DNA of 63,867 bases, the filler included, from Chiloscyllium plagiosum (taxonomy: Eukaryota), in NCBI RefSeq assembly GCF_004010195.1. It is 4 parts of 2 records of this genome, joined end to end, with 100 filler letters (N's around TTAATTAATTAA, not from the genome) between each part and the next. Parts side by side here need not be neighbours in the genome. Positions count along the whole stretch, not along the records: positions 1 to 26,789 come from NC_057715.1; 3 more parts are not named here. One strand, 5' to 3'. The position numbers were made by a program, and so were the translations under genes. The notes beneath the pieces were generated by a model that worked only from the letters and a program-made list of their open reading frames with translations, was not told where the DNA came from and ran no database searches. Below are positions 1-11,529 of the stretch, piece by piece (positions within the stretch are counted from its first letter, which is position 1; every line of letters starts with the position of its first letter).

Positions 1-1357
1 CATCTTCCCCAGAAAGAACCCCAGTTATCCAGATACCGGGATCCCTCCCTCCTGCACCATCCCTGTAGCCACGCATTTAACTGTTCTCTCTCCCTATTCC
101 TCGACTCTCTATCACGTGGCACGGGTAACAAACCAGAGACAACAACTCTGTTCATTCTAACTCTGAGCTTCCAACCTAGCTCCCTGAAAGCCTGCCTAAC
201 ATCCTCAGCCCTCCTCCTGCCTATGTCATTGGTGCCAATGTGGACCACGACTTCGGGCTGCTCCCCCTCCCCCTTAAGGACCCGGAAAACACGGGGGGGG
301 AGGGGGGAGCAGCCCGAAGTTGTGGTCCACATTGGTGGGAAATATTCAGCCTGGAGTTCAGTTACTAGTGGTGTACCACAAGGATTTGTTTTAGGTCCAC
401 TGCTGTATGTCATTTTTATAAACAACCTGGATGAGGACATAGAAGGATGGATTAGTAAATTTGCGGATGACACTTAAGGTATTAGAGTTGTGGATAGTGA
501 CGAAGGATGTTCTAGGTTACAGAGGGACATAGATAAGCTGCAGAGCTGGGCTGAGAGCTGGCAAATGGTCTTTTATGTGGAAAAGTGTCAGGTGATTCAC
601 TTTGGAAGGAACAACAGGAATGCAGAGTACTGGGCTAATGGTAAGATTCTTGGTAGTGTAGATGAGCAGAGAGATCTCAGTGTCCATGTACATAGATCCC
701 TGAAAGTTGCCACCCAGGTTGACAGGGTTGTTAAGAAGGCATACGGTGTTGGCTTTTATTGGTAGAGGGATTGTGTTTTGGAACCATAATATTATGCTGC
801 AGCTGTACAAAACTCTGGAGCGGCCGCACTTGGAGTATTGTGTACAGTTCTGGTCACCGCATTATAGGAAGGATTTGGAAGCTTTGGAAAGGATTCAGAG
901 GAGATTTACTAGGATGTTGCCTGGTATGGAGGGAAGGTATTATGAGGAAAGGCTGAGGGACTTGAGGCTGTTTTCATTAGAGAAGAAGGTTGAGAGGTGA
1001 CTTAATTGACACATATAAGATAATCAGAGGGTTAGATAGGTGGACAGTGAGAGTCTTTTTCCTTGGATGGTGATGGCTAGCACGAGGGGGTATAGCTTTA
1101 AATTGAGGGGTGATAGATATAGGACAGATGTCAGAGGTAGTTTCTTTACTCAGAGAGTAGTTGGGGTGTGGAATGCCCTGCCTGCAACAGTAGTAGACTC
1201 GTCAACTTTGTGGGTATTTAAATGGACATTAGATAGACACATGGACGAGAATGGAATAGTGTAGGTTAGATGGGCTTCAGATTGGTTCCACAGGTTGGTA
1301 AAACATCGAGGGCCGCAGGGCCTGTACTGCGCCATAATGTTCCATGTTCTATGTTCT
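1..1357 (+). mobile_element. CR1 LINE: inverted ORF1 fragment (1-290) followed by 3' RT half and tail
   Basis: SGVPQG.VLGPLL, KFADDT, LEYCVQFWSP, FFTQRVV motifs; tail gttctatgttcta; esterase-type VVVHIG ORF1 piece at the 5' side. Confidence 0.92.
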
Positions 1358-1411
1358 AGGACCTCCCTCCCCTCAATCCTTGCAGTGAGGTGATTCCGAG
1401 GTTCACCCTAC

Positions 1412-2441
1412 CTGGGACTCCTAGCAGTTCTCTATTGAGACGTGGGCCACCACCCTCCTGCAAAACCTGCAGCCACATTCTGCACTGATAATCAGGATCA
1501 ATGAAAAGTGGTATTGGTAATGGACAGTATTTGATCAGGATCCGTGTGAGCAGAACGCTGACTCTGGCGGTGGCATTGACTGGAAGTTTAGCACGGTTCC
1601 ACTTTAACTGCTCTCCCAGGGAACTGAGAATGTCCAGTAGCAGGAAGTCACTCCGAGTGGGGATGAATTTAGAAGCTGGATGGTGCTCTGTGTCTGATCC
1701 CGCCTTTTCTTGTGAGGCAGGGAATGTTTTCTCTGGCAGCAACTTTATTAGTTCCTGTCGCACATCTTCCGGCTCCATCTGTATCTCTCCTGTGTAGCAA
1801 GCTGCTTCCCATTTCTTCAGGAGTTCCTGCCTCAGATTCTCACCAAAGGGGCTGAGGTAAACAATGGCAGCTGCTGTCAACAAACTGTCCCCGGAAACCG
1901 TCATCCTTCTGTTTTCTGCCTGTTTTAAGGCAACGTCCCAGTCATTTTGGTGAGGGTTCATCGCACGCATCAGGTCTTTAGCTTCAGTCAGTTTCTGCTG
2001 CCATTTTGCCATCTCAGCTAAATGTATATCCTCGTCATCTTTGAGGGCCTGCAGTGCGTCCTGCTCCTTTTGTTCCACCAGTCGGAGCACTTCTATGTCA
2101 CTGAGGTCTGTCACCGAGTCAGAGTCTGACAAGTAGTCATCTCCATCTTCCCGTAACAAAGCAACCAGTTTTTTCTTCATTTCAAATGTCTGCTTCCTCA
2201 GCAATCCCAGTCTGAGCTGAGCTTCCTCAATGCGGGATTGGTACTCGTTGACAAAGGAAGGACTGTACTCACGGACCAAGCTGGAGTACTGGTAGATCGC
2301 TTTAATCCACAGACTGAAAGATTCTAAGGCCTGGCTGGCCTCCCGCACTACTTCTGGTTGGAATTCCGGTTGATCCACAATATCCCCCAGAGCCTTGTGC
2401 ACGGATTCTGGAATATTGTCCTTGTCGTAGAATTCCAGTTC
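1412..2441 (-). CDS. DNHD1: DNHD1-like dynein heavy chain exon (end of MTBD, stalk CC2, start of AAA5 region)
   Basis: Open 1030-bp exon, acceptor ttctttctgtacag|GAA, donor CCAG|gtaggg. Translation includes ELEFYDKDNIP, GDSLLTAAAIVYLSPFGENLRQELLKKW and PLFIDPDYQCRMWL, which are dynein post-stalk motifs. Confidence 0.9.
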
Positions 2442-2887
2442 CTGTACAGAAAGAATTATAAAAGTTAGAAACATTAGCATATCCATGTTAATAAGTCTCC
2501 CAACATAATTCTCTGAGTCACACACCAGTAAAGGTAGATGTTGGAAATTGCTGGAGAAACTCAGCAGATCCAGCAGTATTTATCAGAGAGACAGAAACCA
2601 AAATAACATTTCCACTCTGACAATATGGAAGTGTTCCAGTTCCACAATAGCATTGCGCCTCTTGCTCTCATACACCAGAAAGGTGCCCCTTGTTCTGTTT
2701 GTCCTAGTACCTACTCTTTGTCTCACCTAAACAGCAGGTTTTCCAATTCCTCACCAGTATGGAGGAGCTAGTTGTTGCTTGTAACCAGTGTAGACAGAGA
2801 CATGGGCACTCCATTGTAATTAGTCAGTATTTACCCATCCAGGTTGAAGTATGTTAGACAGAGTTGGCCAATCCACTTGACATTGAT

Positions 2888-3123
2888 GGGCGGCACGGTG
2901 GCCCAGTGGTTAGCACTGTTGCCTCACAGCGCCAGAGACCCGGGTTCAATTCCCGCCTCAGGTGACTGACTGTGTAGAGTTTGCACATTCTCCCAGTGTC
3001 TGCGTGGGTTTCCTCCGGGTGCTCCGGTTTCCTCCCACAGTCCAAAGATGTGCAGGTCAGGGGCGGTGTGGACTTGTTGGGCCAAAGGGCCTGTTTCCAC
3101 ACTGTAAGTAATCTAATCTAATC
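2888..3123 (+). mobile_element. tRNA-derived HE1/V-SINE-type SINE
   Basis: A box tggcccagtgg, B box ggttcaattcc, V-domain gtttgcacattctcc...gggtttcctccgggtgctccgg, CR1-like tail ending (taatc)n. Confidence 0.88.
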
Positions 3124-3584
3124 ATTCTTCCCGTCTCTGGCTCAACTCTTCTTAACTGCACTCTCTCCCCACCTACCATTGACACTTTGAGCTGTCCTCA
3201 ACCATTCTCTATTAACCTCCCCTCAATCCATTTGCGCTCTTCCTCTCAGCCAGTCCACACTGCTCCCCTCCCCTCCCCTCCATCCATACGCCTCATGGTC
3301 CATCACCTCATTCAGTGACTCCTTGCTTTGCTTGTTCTGAACTTCCTGTTTATGTTTGTCAGCTTTTGCTGATTTCCTTTCTTTACCCTCCTGAACTGAA
3401 GGGTGTCTTAACTCAAGACCTGACTCTTTCACCAAAATCATTAACTCTCAACTACCCTCTTGAAGTAACTGCACAGAGGCAGGAATCCTGTCACCAAGAC
3501 ACCCTTCATTTACATGTGCATAGTACATGGGTTCTGACCAGCCAGCTCAGAGCCAGTCCCTAGAGTGAAGAGACTCACTGAATC

Positions 3585-3791
3585 GGGCATCTACTACAAA
3601 CCTACCGACTAACACGGACATCTACTACAAACCTACCGACTAACACGGACATCTACTACAAACCTACCGACCAACACGGACATCTACTACAAACCTACCG
3701 ACCAACACGGACANNNNNNNNNNNNNNNNNNNNNNNNNNNNNTGGATGCTGCCTGACCTGCTGTGCTGTTCCAGCAATAAAGTTTCAACAC
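3585..3791 (+). mobile_element. Truncated Penelope-like insertion with 31-bp tandem repeat
   Basis: Unit ggacatctactacaaacctaccgactaacac (DIYYKPTD) x4+, then Penelope-type tail tggatgctgcctgacctgctgtgc; flanked by agactcactgaatc at 3571 and 3792. Confidence 0.75.
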
Positions 3792-4592
3792 AGACTCACT
3801 GAATCCCCTGGTTATGTTTTGTTTTACTGACTGCGTGGTTCCAGGCTGTTCAGAAGGCAGTCTCCTCTCCTCCTTAACACAGAAAAGTAGAGAGTTCTTC
3901 ACACACTGATCCAGCTCCCTCAGAGCCAGCTCTCAGACTGAACAGGGTGTCTGACACTCCTTTTTTAATTTTGTTTTTTCTTTTTTTCCCTCCCCCTACA
4001 CTACCGCTTGAAACTGGTAGTGCTTATTTTTCCCCAGCACCCATGTCATGTGTGTGCAGGTGTCAGACACAGTGAAAAACAACAAGTGTGTAAATCTTTA
4101 TTTATATTCCACCACCAGGAAGAAAGGAAATACCCAAGTGGCCAGTGACAACCTTCTCTTGGTTATGTTAGTCAGCCAGGGTTTCCTGATTGGCCCAGGT
4201 TAACAACCCCAATCAAGGATCTCATAGTCAGTGAGATCCACCTGACCCTCATTCCAATCACTACACTTCTGAAATGACCAAGTAAAGCTACTCAGTTCAA
4301 AGGGATTCCGTGATGGGTAACAAACATTGATCTTGTTAACAATATTCATATCTGATGATAAAATAAAAGGAGCAGTGATACAGATTTATTGCACCAATGA
4401 TCTGGGGATGTGATTTCAAATCCCATCACAGTCAATGGGAAATTTAAATTCAACTAATCTAAAAAATGTCCAAAATTAAACAAAGAACTGACAAATGGCA
4501 TCTTTGCTAGCTGTGCTCATATTCCAAGAATGAATTAAATAAAATCTTTCCACCCTCTCAGTTTATAAGAATAAAAATAGTAAATGCCCCAC

Positions 4593-4784
4593 CTGGTAGA
4601 AGTTTGGCTGGCCAATTAACTGTTTTGCATTTTCCCAACCTTCCGGTTTTCCAAACATCAGGCATAGGGTGTTCATCACCATGACAACGGGAGGAGGGGG
4701 GGCTCGATAGGTCCGAACCTCATCCAGATTGGCAGAGTTCAGTGACTGAAGAGCTTTTAAAGCTGTGGCATAGATTGGTTTCAC
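4593..4784 (-). CDS. DNHD1: DNHD1-like exon (stalk CC1/microtubule-binding domain)
   Basis: ttccag|GTG...CAG|gtgggg, 192 bp, phase 0/0. VKPIYATALKALQSLNSANLDEVRTYRAPPPPVVMVMNTLCLMFGKPEGWENAKQLIGQPNFYQ is a typical MTBD; joins in frame to the 2441 exon. Confidence 0.92.
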
Positions 4785-5049
4785 CTGGAAGGCAAGAGAT
4801 TGGATAAAATCACTGACAGAAATCGGACAGAGTTCAATCCACAGTCAGAACTAGCTCTGTTCCAGCGGACTATGGTCACCCTCACTGGCCTAGTGATCTA
4901 GCGACTAACTGAATGATACTAGAATACATGGGATATTTCATGAGGAAACATGAACTCTTTTCGAACTATTGCCTTAGACAATCTTTCCTTCCCAGGTATT
5001 TACCCCTAGTTAGCCCACCGTATAATCAGATATATTACTGTACTACACC

Positions 5050-6050
5050 TCCATCTACCCCCTCTATCGCCCCTCTAGTCTATAACTTCACAAATTCAAG
5101 TGTCTGGACATTTCCAAATTGGGGAACCTGAATCTTCTCCTTCACTGTTCTCTGTTAACCCAGGAACTTGCTCCATAACATCATCTGGGAGACCTTTAAA
5201 CTTGTAAATGTCCCTCACATAACACACCTGCTCCTGCTGAAACGTGTCCTTTCATTCCCTGCTTGTACTATCCTAGATTTCTGGTCAAGGTACACTCTCA
5301 CTCATTGGATGGGATTTTTCAGTTTCTTGGCTGCTGAGTCCAGACAATTTCTGAGACTGTATCTGACTCACATGCTATCAAATATTCCTCATTTCTCTTG
5401 ACTTATTTATCCAGCTGGAGTTCTTCCATCACCCTCTGTGGATGTTTAACTCAGGAAGAAAATGATTTCAGTCTCTAAATCATGCTACAGCTAGATTGTT
5501 GCTCACTTGGCTCAATCACTGTCACCAGCATTGACTGTTCTGTGCGATAAGACAGAGGATCAAACAATTTTCCCAGACCCTGTGGAGTTTGCTTTACTCT
5601 CTTATTCCAACATTCCTGACCTCATTGAATTGTTTCATCTGTTTCACCATTAGTCTAGGATGACATCTTCGACTGGTTCTCAAGAACAGTTTGTTCCAGG
5701 TCCAGTTGCTCTCCAGGAGGGTGTCCATCTCCTTTAACTCTGATATTGGGACTAAGCCTTGCACATAGGCTCTGAAGTGAAGATTTTTGACTGTGAACAA
5801 CTTCCTTATGTGTGTTGGAATGCAGTAAAATGTGTAAAATTCTGTTGGTTCTGACAGTTATTCCACTTTCTCTGTGTAGTCTTATTAATGTACATAGCAA
5901 TGTCTGCATCTTCAGTCAACAGGAGCTGGTCTGATAGGACACTAACAAATGCTCCAATATCACGTTTAAACTAAACAGGGTTTGCATTCACACAGACATG
6001 TGCTGTATCTTCTGGCTGATCTACGGTTGCTGTGGCCTTGATGGTTATCA
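5050..6050 (-). mobile_element. Degenerate Ty3/Gypsy protease/pol remnant, continuation of the 7760-8600 element
   Basis: VCVNANPV*FKRDIGAFVSVLS (decayed FKLDTGA protease motif), then GLGKL; purine-rich tract near 5050-5075 could be a PPT. Confidence 0.6.
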
Positions 6051-7590
6051 GGGAAGTGGGGCAGTGCCAGTATTAAGGGAGCCGGAGTGGCGCCGAGTTT
6101 CAACAGGAGTTTTGTGAGATACAATACCTAGCCACTATGTCAAGCAAAAAAAACTAGGGGAAAGACCACCAAGAAGTGCCCTCAGCATGCAACTTCATGT
6201 ATTCACCATGTTTGATCAGTCATAAATTCAGGAGTTTAAGGAGGCCTTCAGCATGATCAATCAGAACCATGATGGCTTCATTGATAAGGAGGATTTGCAT
6301 GATATGTTAGCTTCACTTGGAAAGGACCCAAATGATGAATACCTAGAGGCAATGATGAATGAAGCGCCGTGGCCTATCAACTTTACCATGTTCATGACCA
6401 TGTTTGTTGAAATGCTGAATGGGACACCCTGAAGATGTAACCAGAAATGCCTTTGTATATTTTGATGAAGAAGGAACAGGTTATATCCAGGAAGACTACT
6501 TGAGAGATCTGTTGACAACAATGGGTGATCGGTTTACTGATAAGGAGGTCGATGAACTTTTCCGTGAAGCACCAATTGATACTAAGGGCAATTTCAACTA
6601 TGTTGAATTTATTCACATACTGAAACGTGGTGCCAAGGACAAAGCTGACTAATGGAATGTACATTCAGGGGCTGGGGGAAAGCTCCTCATTTACTTTGCA
6701 GAATTTATACCTATTGGAACATACTGCATGCCTTGGCTCTAATAAACATTGCTTTTTTTCATGACTTATATTTTTCAGTCATGTTAGCACACTTTGCACA
6801 CACTTGAATTAAATGGAAGGTTAGTGGCAGGGAGCAAGAATCTCTAGAAGCAGATCACTTGATGCTTGAATATTTCTTGGAAACCACAAGGTTTTAGCCA
6901 TTTACTAGAGGTTACTCGTCTCTGGTTTATGACTTCCAAAGCGGTGGTATTTGTTTAAAGTGTTTTGATGTAGTGATCTGGCTTGTCAGAATTCCTCATT
7001 TTTCAGTTGTTTGAGTTTTTTTTATGTTGTCATTTAGTTTGCAATATATGGGATGATGAGGAAAATGAACCACTGTCCATCTAACTCTTCTGATCAGTAT
7101 ACTTGGTTTGTCTAAAGACAATTGTCCTCATGAATTGAAAGGGTATGATCAGTAAAAAGTTAATTTTGCATTGAAGATCATGATATAGTTGTGTTGGCAG
7201 TCTTGATATGCAACTTTGAGCTGTCATCTGTTTGTTCAATTTTGGATTTCAACTTCTGAAGCTATGTTTAAACATATAAATATGATCATTTTAATCAGTG
7301 ATATTTGGTAATACTACTGAATGCTAAATGATGTGAAGAAAGTTCTAAGCTGTTTATTGAGGGACACTGGAAGATGATCCGAAAGACAAGATTTGAGTTT
7401 AACTTGCAGAGTTTTATCCAGAGTCTTCCCAGTTTTGTCTAAGGTAAGACCAAAGTGTCCTAAGTGACTGTGCAGATTGGTGTAGATATGTTATGCCTTA
7501 TTCTTGATCATACTTCACACCCTGTTCAGATCTGAGTGTCCTTTGTTTTCAAAATTGACTTAAATAAAAGTTCTAAATTTGTAAACAAAA
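6051..7590 (+). pseudogene. MYL12: Processed pseudogene of non-muscle myosin regulatory light chain (MYL12-type), with 5' UTR, disrupted CDS 6137-6652 and 3' UTR
   Basis: Intronless MSSKK...[34 protein letters not shown]...[52 protein letters not shown]. Frameshifts near the poly-K start, ~6197 and ~6427; premature TAA ~6222; AATAAA at 6741 and 7563. Confidence 0.95.
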
Positions 7591-7759
7591 GCAACAGTAG
7601 TAGACTCACCGATGTTAAGGGCATTTAAATGGGCATTGGATATACATATGGATAATAATGGAATAGTGTAGGTCAGATGGGAATCAGATTAACTTTTTAG
7701 GTCGGTGCAACATTGAGGGCCGAAGGGCCTGTACTGCGCTGTAACGTTCTATGTTCTAT
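7591..7759 (+). mobile_element. CR1 LINE 3' tail fused to the MYL12 retrocopy
   Basis: Begins gcaacagtagtagactc, colinear with the CR1 end at 1184-1357; has the gggccgaagggcct stem-loop and terminal (GTTCTAT)2. Confidence 0.92.
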
Positions 7760-8600
7760 AGATCATCAAGGTGAACTAGGAATCTCTTGGTAACTTCTCC
7801 AACAAAGGTACCTAGTCTAAGGCAGATTATCTTCTCTAATGGTGGTGGGTGTTTTATTGTGTGTGTATGATCTGAATGTGTTGCTTACTCCTGCACATTT
7901 TTTGAAAGTGACCTGGTTTTACAAATGTAACACTCCTTTGTCATGACTGGACATTGTGCCGTTATTCCACAACACTGACACTACATCTTAACATGTAGTG
8001 TGTGATGTACTCTCTGTGCTGGCTCTATCCCATGTCCATGCCATATAAACTGAATAGTTCTTGTTGCTTTCCTGAGGCACAATTGGTCTTCCAAGCTCAG
8101 GATTTATCTGAGCATCTGTCTGCTTCTTCCATAATTTGAACAGATTTCTTTAAAATGAACTCTTCTTCAGACTGTAAGAAATCTGATAAAGACTCATCAA
8201 TAATTCCAATTCCAATTTTGCCTCTTGTTTCAAAGCTCCATACTCAGTTTTCCATTAATCTGTAGAGGTCATTCATGAAACTGTCCATGGATCCTCCTGG
8301 AAGCTGAACTCTTCGGTTAAAATTTGATTATTCAAGAATTTTATTTGTTTCTTAAATTGAAGTAATCAGCAAACACTTCTAGGACATCTTCAAAATAATC
8401 TGTATTCAATATTCTGTTGATTAATTATCCACAATAGGACCCCCCATTATTGGCTACAGTCATGCATTAACTTATTCTACTTAGACTTTGTGTCTAATTT
8501 TGAAGCAATTCTGTATCATAAAGAAATGTCTCCACAAGTGTCCAACCTTGTCTGTCTCTGAGCTGGAATGTTTGAGGAAGTATTTTGTTTCCTTCCATTC
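7760..8600 (-). mobile_element. Degenerate Ty3/Gypsy gag remnant
   Basis: Minus-strand fragments YRIASKLDTKS, QLPGGSMDSFMNDLYRL, IGIIDESLSDFLQ and zinc knuckle CPVMTKECYICKPGHFQKMCRSK. Confidence 0.75.
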
Positions 8601-11310
8601 CCCTATCAATGTGCTTATTAATTCCTGCTACTGGTAAAGCCATATTATATTTGCGTCATTTTGATGCTTCTTTCAATCTACTGATCTTCTAGCTTATATT
8701 CTTTGATTCATCAAAGTTGTTGTAAATTTAATTCCTGAAGAGCTTGCTGGACTCTGCAGTATTTTTGTTTTCTAGTCTTTTTAAATTTGTATTGCTGTAA
8801 AGGTGTGTTAAAATTTGTACATAAACCTTCAAATTTATAACTGGCTGATCCTTGCTGATCTTCTGTTTTAAAAATTTTGTTTCTTTGAAATACTATATCT
8901 CTTTCCTGCTTACTGGGTTTTATATCACCTTTTTCAGATTTCCCACATTTTTTAATGACTTCCAATATAGTTTTCATGTCTTTTTCCCCCCAAGATGGAG
9001 TTTTCCTGCTTCCTCAGAGACAAAATGGACACTCCCCTGTTTTTCTCAATGGGGAAGGAGTGCTTTCTTTTACAGTCGCCTCAAAACAAAGTTCTCTGCT
9101 GCAGCTCTAGTTAATATTCCCACCAAAACTACATTTAATGACTGAGTTCTGGATCTTTTAAAACTTTAATTCCTCTTGGTTTTTTTCTTTTCCTTTTTAG
9201 TAGATTTCTCTAATTTGCTCTTTTATAGCTTAAATAAATTCTGAGTTTTCCTGACTCTGTAAATTATTTATCTAGTCCTTTCACTGTCCCTTATAATTGC
9301 GCCTCATGGGGCCAATTCTCAATGGCAGTGACATTTGTTATGAGAGGTGAAAACTGTCTTTCAAACTTCCTCCCCTTCCCTTTTTGGTCCTTACACAGAT
9401 TCCCCTTTTCCCCTCAGAATATCTCACTTTATGCCCACAGGCTTCCTCAGCTCCCCACAGAGACTCCTTCACTAAGATTTTTGCTTTTTTGGGGGTGACT
9501 GGTGTCTCTCTTTAAATTGCTCACACAATTTTCTCTGTGCCTCTAATCAGCTTCCTGGTGAAAGTTTGCCTTTGGAGTGTTGAACTTGTCCTGTGGTTCC
9601 TGACACAATTGCTGTTGTCTCTCTCTGTTGGGTTTTGCTGCTGGCTGACTCCGTTTTAAAATGGGAAACTCACCTTTCTTCAGCAAATGATGAATACCGG
9701 TTCTTCAGCAATGTTCTCCTTATGGTAGGGGGACAATGCATGAAATTCGCAGCTAACTGCAGCTTCATGTGGTATTTGCTGGGATTGTCACTGCCGGCAT
9801 CTTGTGGTATCTCTCCCTCTCTGCCAGTATGTGGCTCAGGGTAATTGTTGTTTGCTGCAACCACACTTCTAAGGTCTGCAGTGTATCTAGTTCCTGTCTA
9901 ATCACCAGTGACTTTGTAGCATCTTTCACAATTTTTGTACATCTCAGAGCCAATGTAATATTTGGTGCGGATTGAGTGAAATGAATAGGAACAGCAGCGG
10001 CCTCATGTGAAACATGAGATTTAAAAAAACTTGTTTGTGGGATTTGGGTGTCGCTGGCTGGTCCAATTTATTGTCCATCCCAGTTGCCCTTGAGAAGGTA
10101 GTGGTGAGCTGACTTCTTTAACCTTTTCAATTCTGGGTTGACCCACAATGCCATTGCGGAGGGAATTCACTGCAATGTTTGGCTGAGTGTGGTGTTGGTG
10201 GGGCGGACTCTGCAGCTTTGGTGATGTAGATTGGGATTCCTTGTGGAAGTAACGCTAGTCCCAGAGCTGGGCTCTCCTGGGGCATGGGCATTGTTGTTGC
10301 TGTTCATGGAGTGGATTCCTTCAGAGCCAGACATCTTGTGGAGATCTTGCAGAAGCCCTGAAGCCATGCTTGAGACCCCAATATAACCAGAAGTTGAACC
10401 CTTATTTAAACAATTTATCTTTATCCTTTTTATAATTTAAAATGGCACCTGATTGTGCGACAAAACACTGATCACTGTATCATGAAAATTTATGTGACAA
10501 TAAATCATTCATTGAAATCCGGGTCTTTGACTCAGTAACAGTAAAGGAATGGCAATTATACAGCACCTTTGTCAGACCACACCAGCAGAGAGTTGTAGGG
10601 CTGAATGCCATGATTCTGCAGTCTCCATATTAATGTTGGAACTTTTGCAGCCAATTTTAGTTCAGCAAACACATGAAAAGAGCATAATAATGAACATCTG
10701 TGACATTGATTGAGGGATGAGTTTTACATGGACACTGGAGTGAACCTCCTCCCCCTGCTCACATTTGAGTCATGCCAGCATTATTTTTACATCTGCGAGG
10801 GCGAAGGGACTTTAGTTCATTGCCTTATTCAACTAATGGCACTTTTAGTTGTTTAACAATCACATGGTACCGCATCGGGAACATCAGCCTCAATGCTGTG
10901 CTGAGCCTATAGGCTGGGATTGAATCTACAAGTAAAAAAACTAAAGAAATGCAGATACTGAAAATCAAAAACAAATACAGAAATTGCTGGAAACATTTAG
11001 CAGGTCTGGCAGCACCTGTGGAGAGGCAGCCAGAGTTAACTTTTCAGGTACAGTGACCTTTCTTCAGAAGTCACTGAACCACATTTGTAGGATCACAGTA
11101 TTTCTATGGTACAGGAAGAAGCCATTGGTCCCATGTATATGGACGGCTGGAAAATGAGCCATTCAAACATTGTGCATGGCAAACAGCAGCTATGCCCCAT
11201 TAAAGATGGAAACCCCAGTTACCACAGGGCAATCAGAGTTCAATTGTTGCCCATTTGACAAGTTAATTGACAGCCTGATCTGAATGACCTCATGTCAGCT
11301 GAATATTTAC

Positions 11311-11460
11311 CATGCCAAACTCTTCATCAAATTTCTTCTGTGCCGCCTCCAGTTCTCGCATTAGCAGTGCGATACGAAACTCCTCATCACGACATTTTGA
11401 CATGAGATCTATAAATTCTCCTTTCACTTTCCCAAACCGGTCAATCAGCTGCCTCCTTAT
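11311..11460 (-). CDS. DNHD1: DNHD1-like exon (stalk coiled coil)
   Basis: ctgtag|ATA...ATG|gtaaat, 150 bp, open: IRRQLIDRFGKVKGEFIDLMSKCRDEEFRIALLMRELEAAQKKFDEEFGM. Phase 0/0 fits both neighbours. Not in the ORF track. Confidence 0.85.
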
Positions 11461-11529
11461 CTACAGCAGATAAGAAGACCCAGTCAGATAGGGTTCCAGT
11501 TCAGATATAGTGAGCAATTATTGCAGAGT

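Noticed and set aside
2888..2960. tRNA gene
   Set aside because: It is the tRNA-derived head of a SINE, continuing into the V-domain and LINE-like tail.
3585..3712. CRISPR-like array
   Set aside because: Units are contiguous with no unique spacers, the context is eukaryotic, and the unit derives from a Penelope RT motif.
4858..5048. 3' LTR of the Gypsy remnant
   Set aside because: Follows a purine tract and starts TGTAG on minus, but no matching 5' LTR or TSD could be found.
6137..6652. Functional MYL12 gene
   Set aside because: At least three frameshifts and an in-frame stop; no introns.
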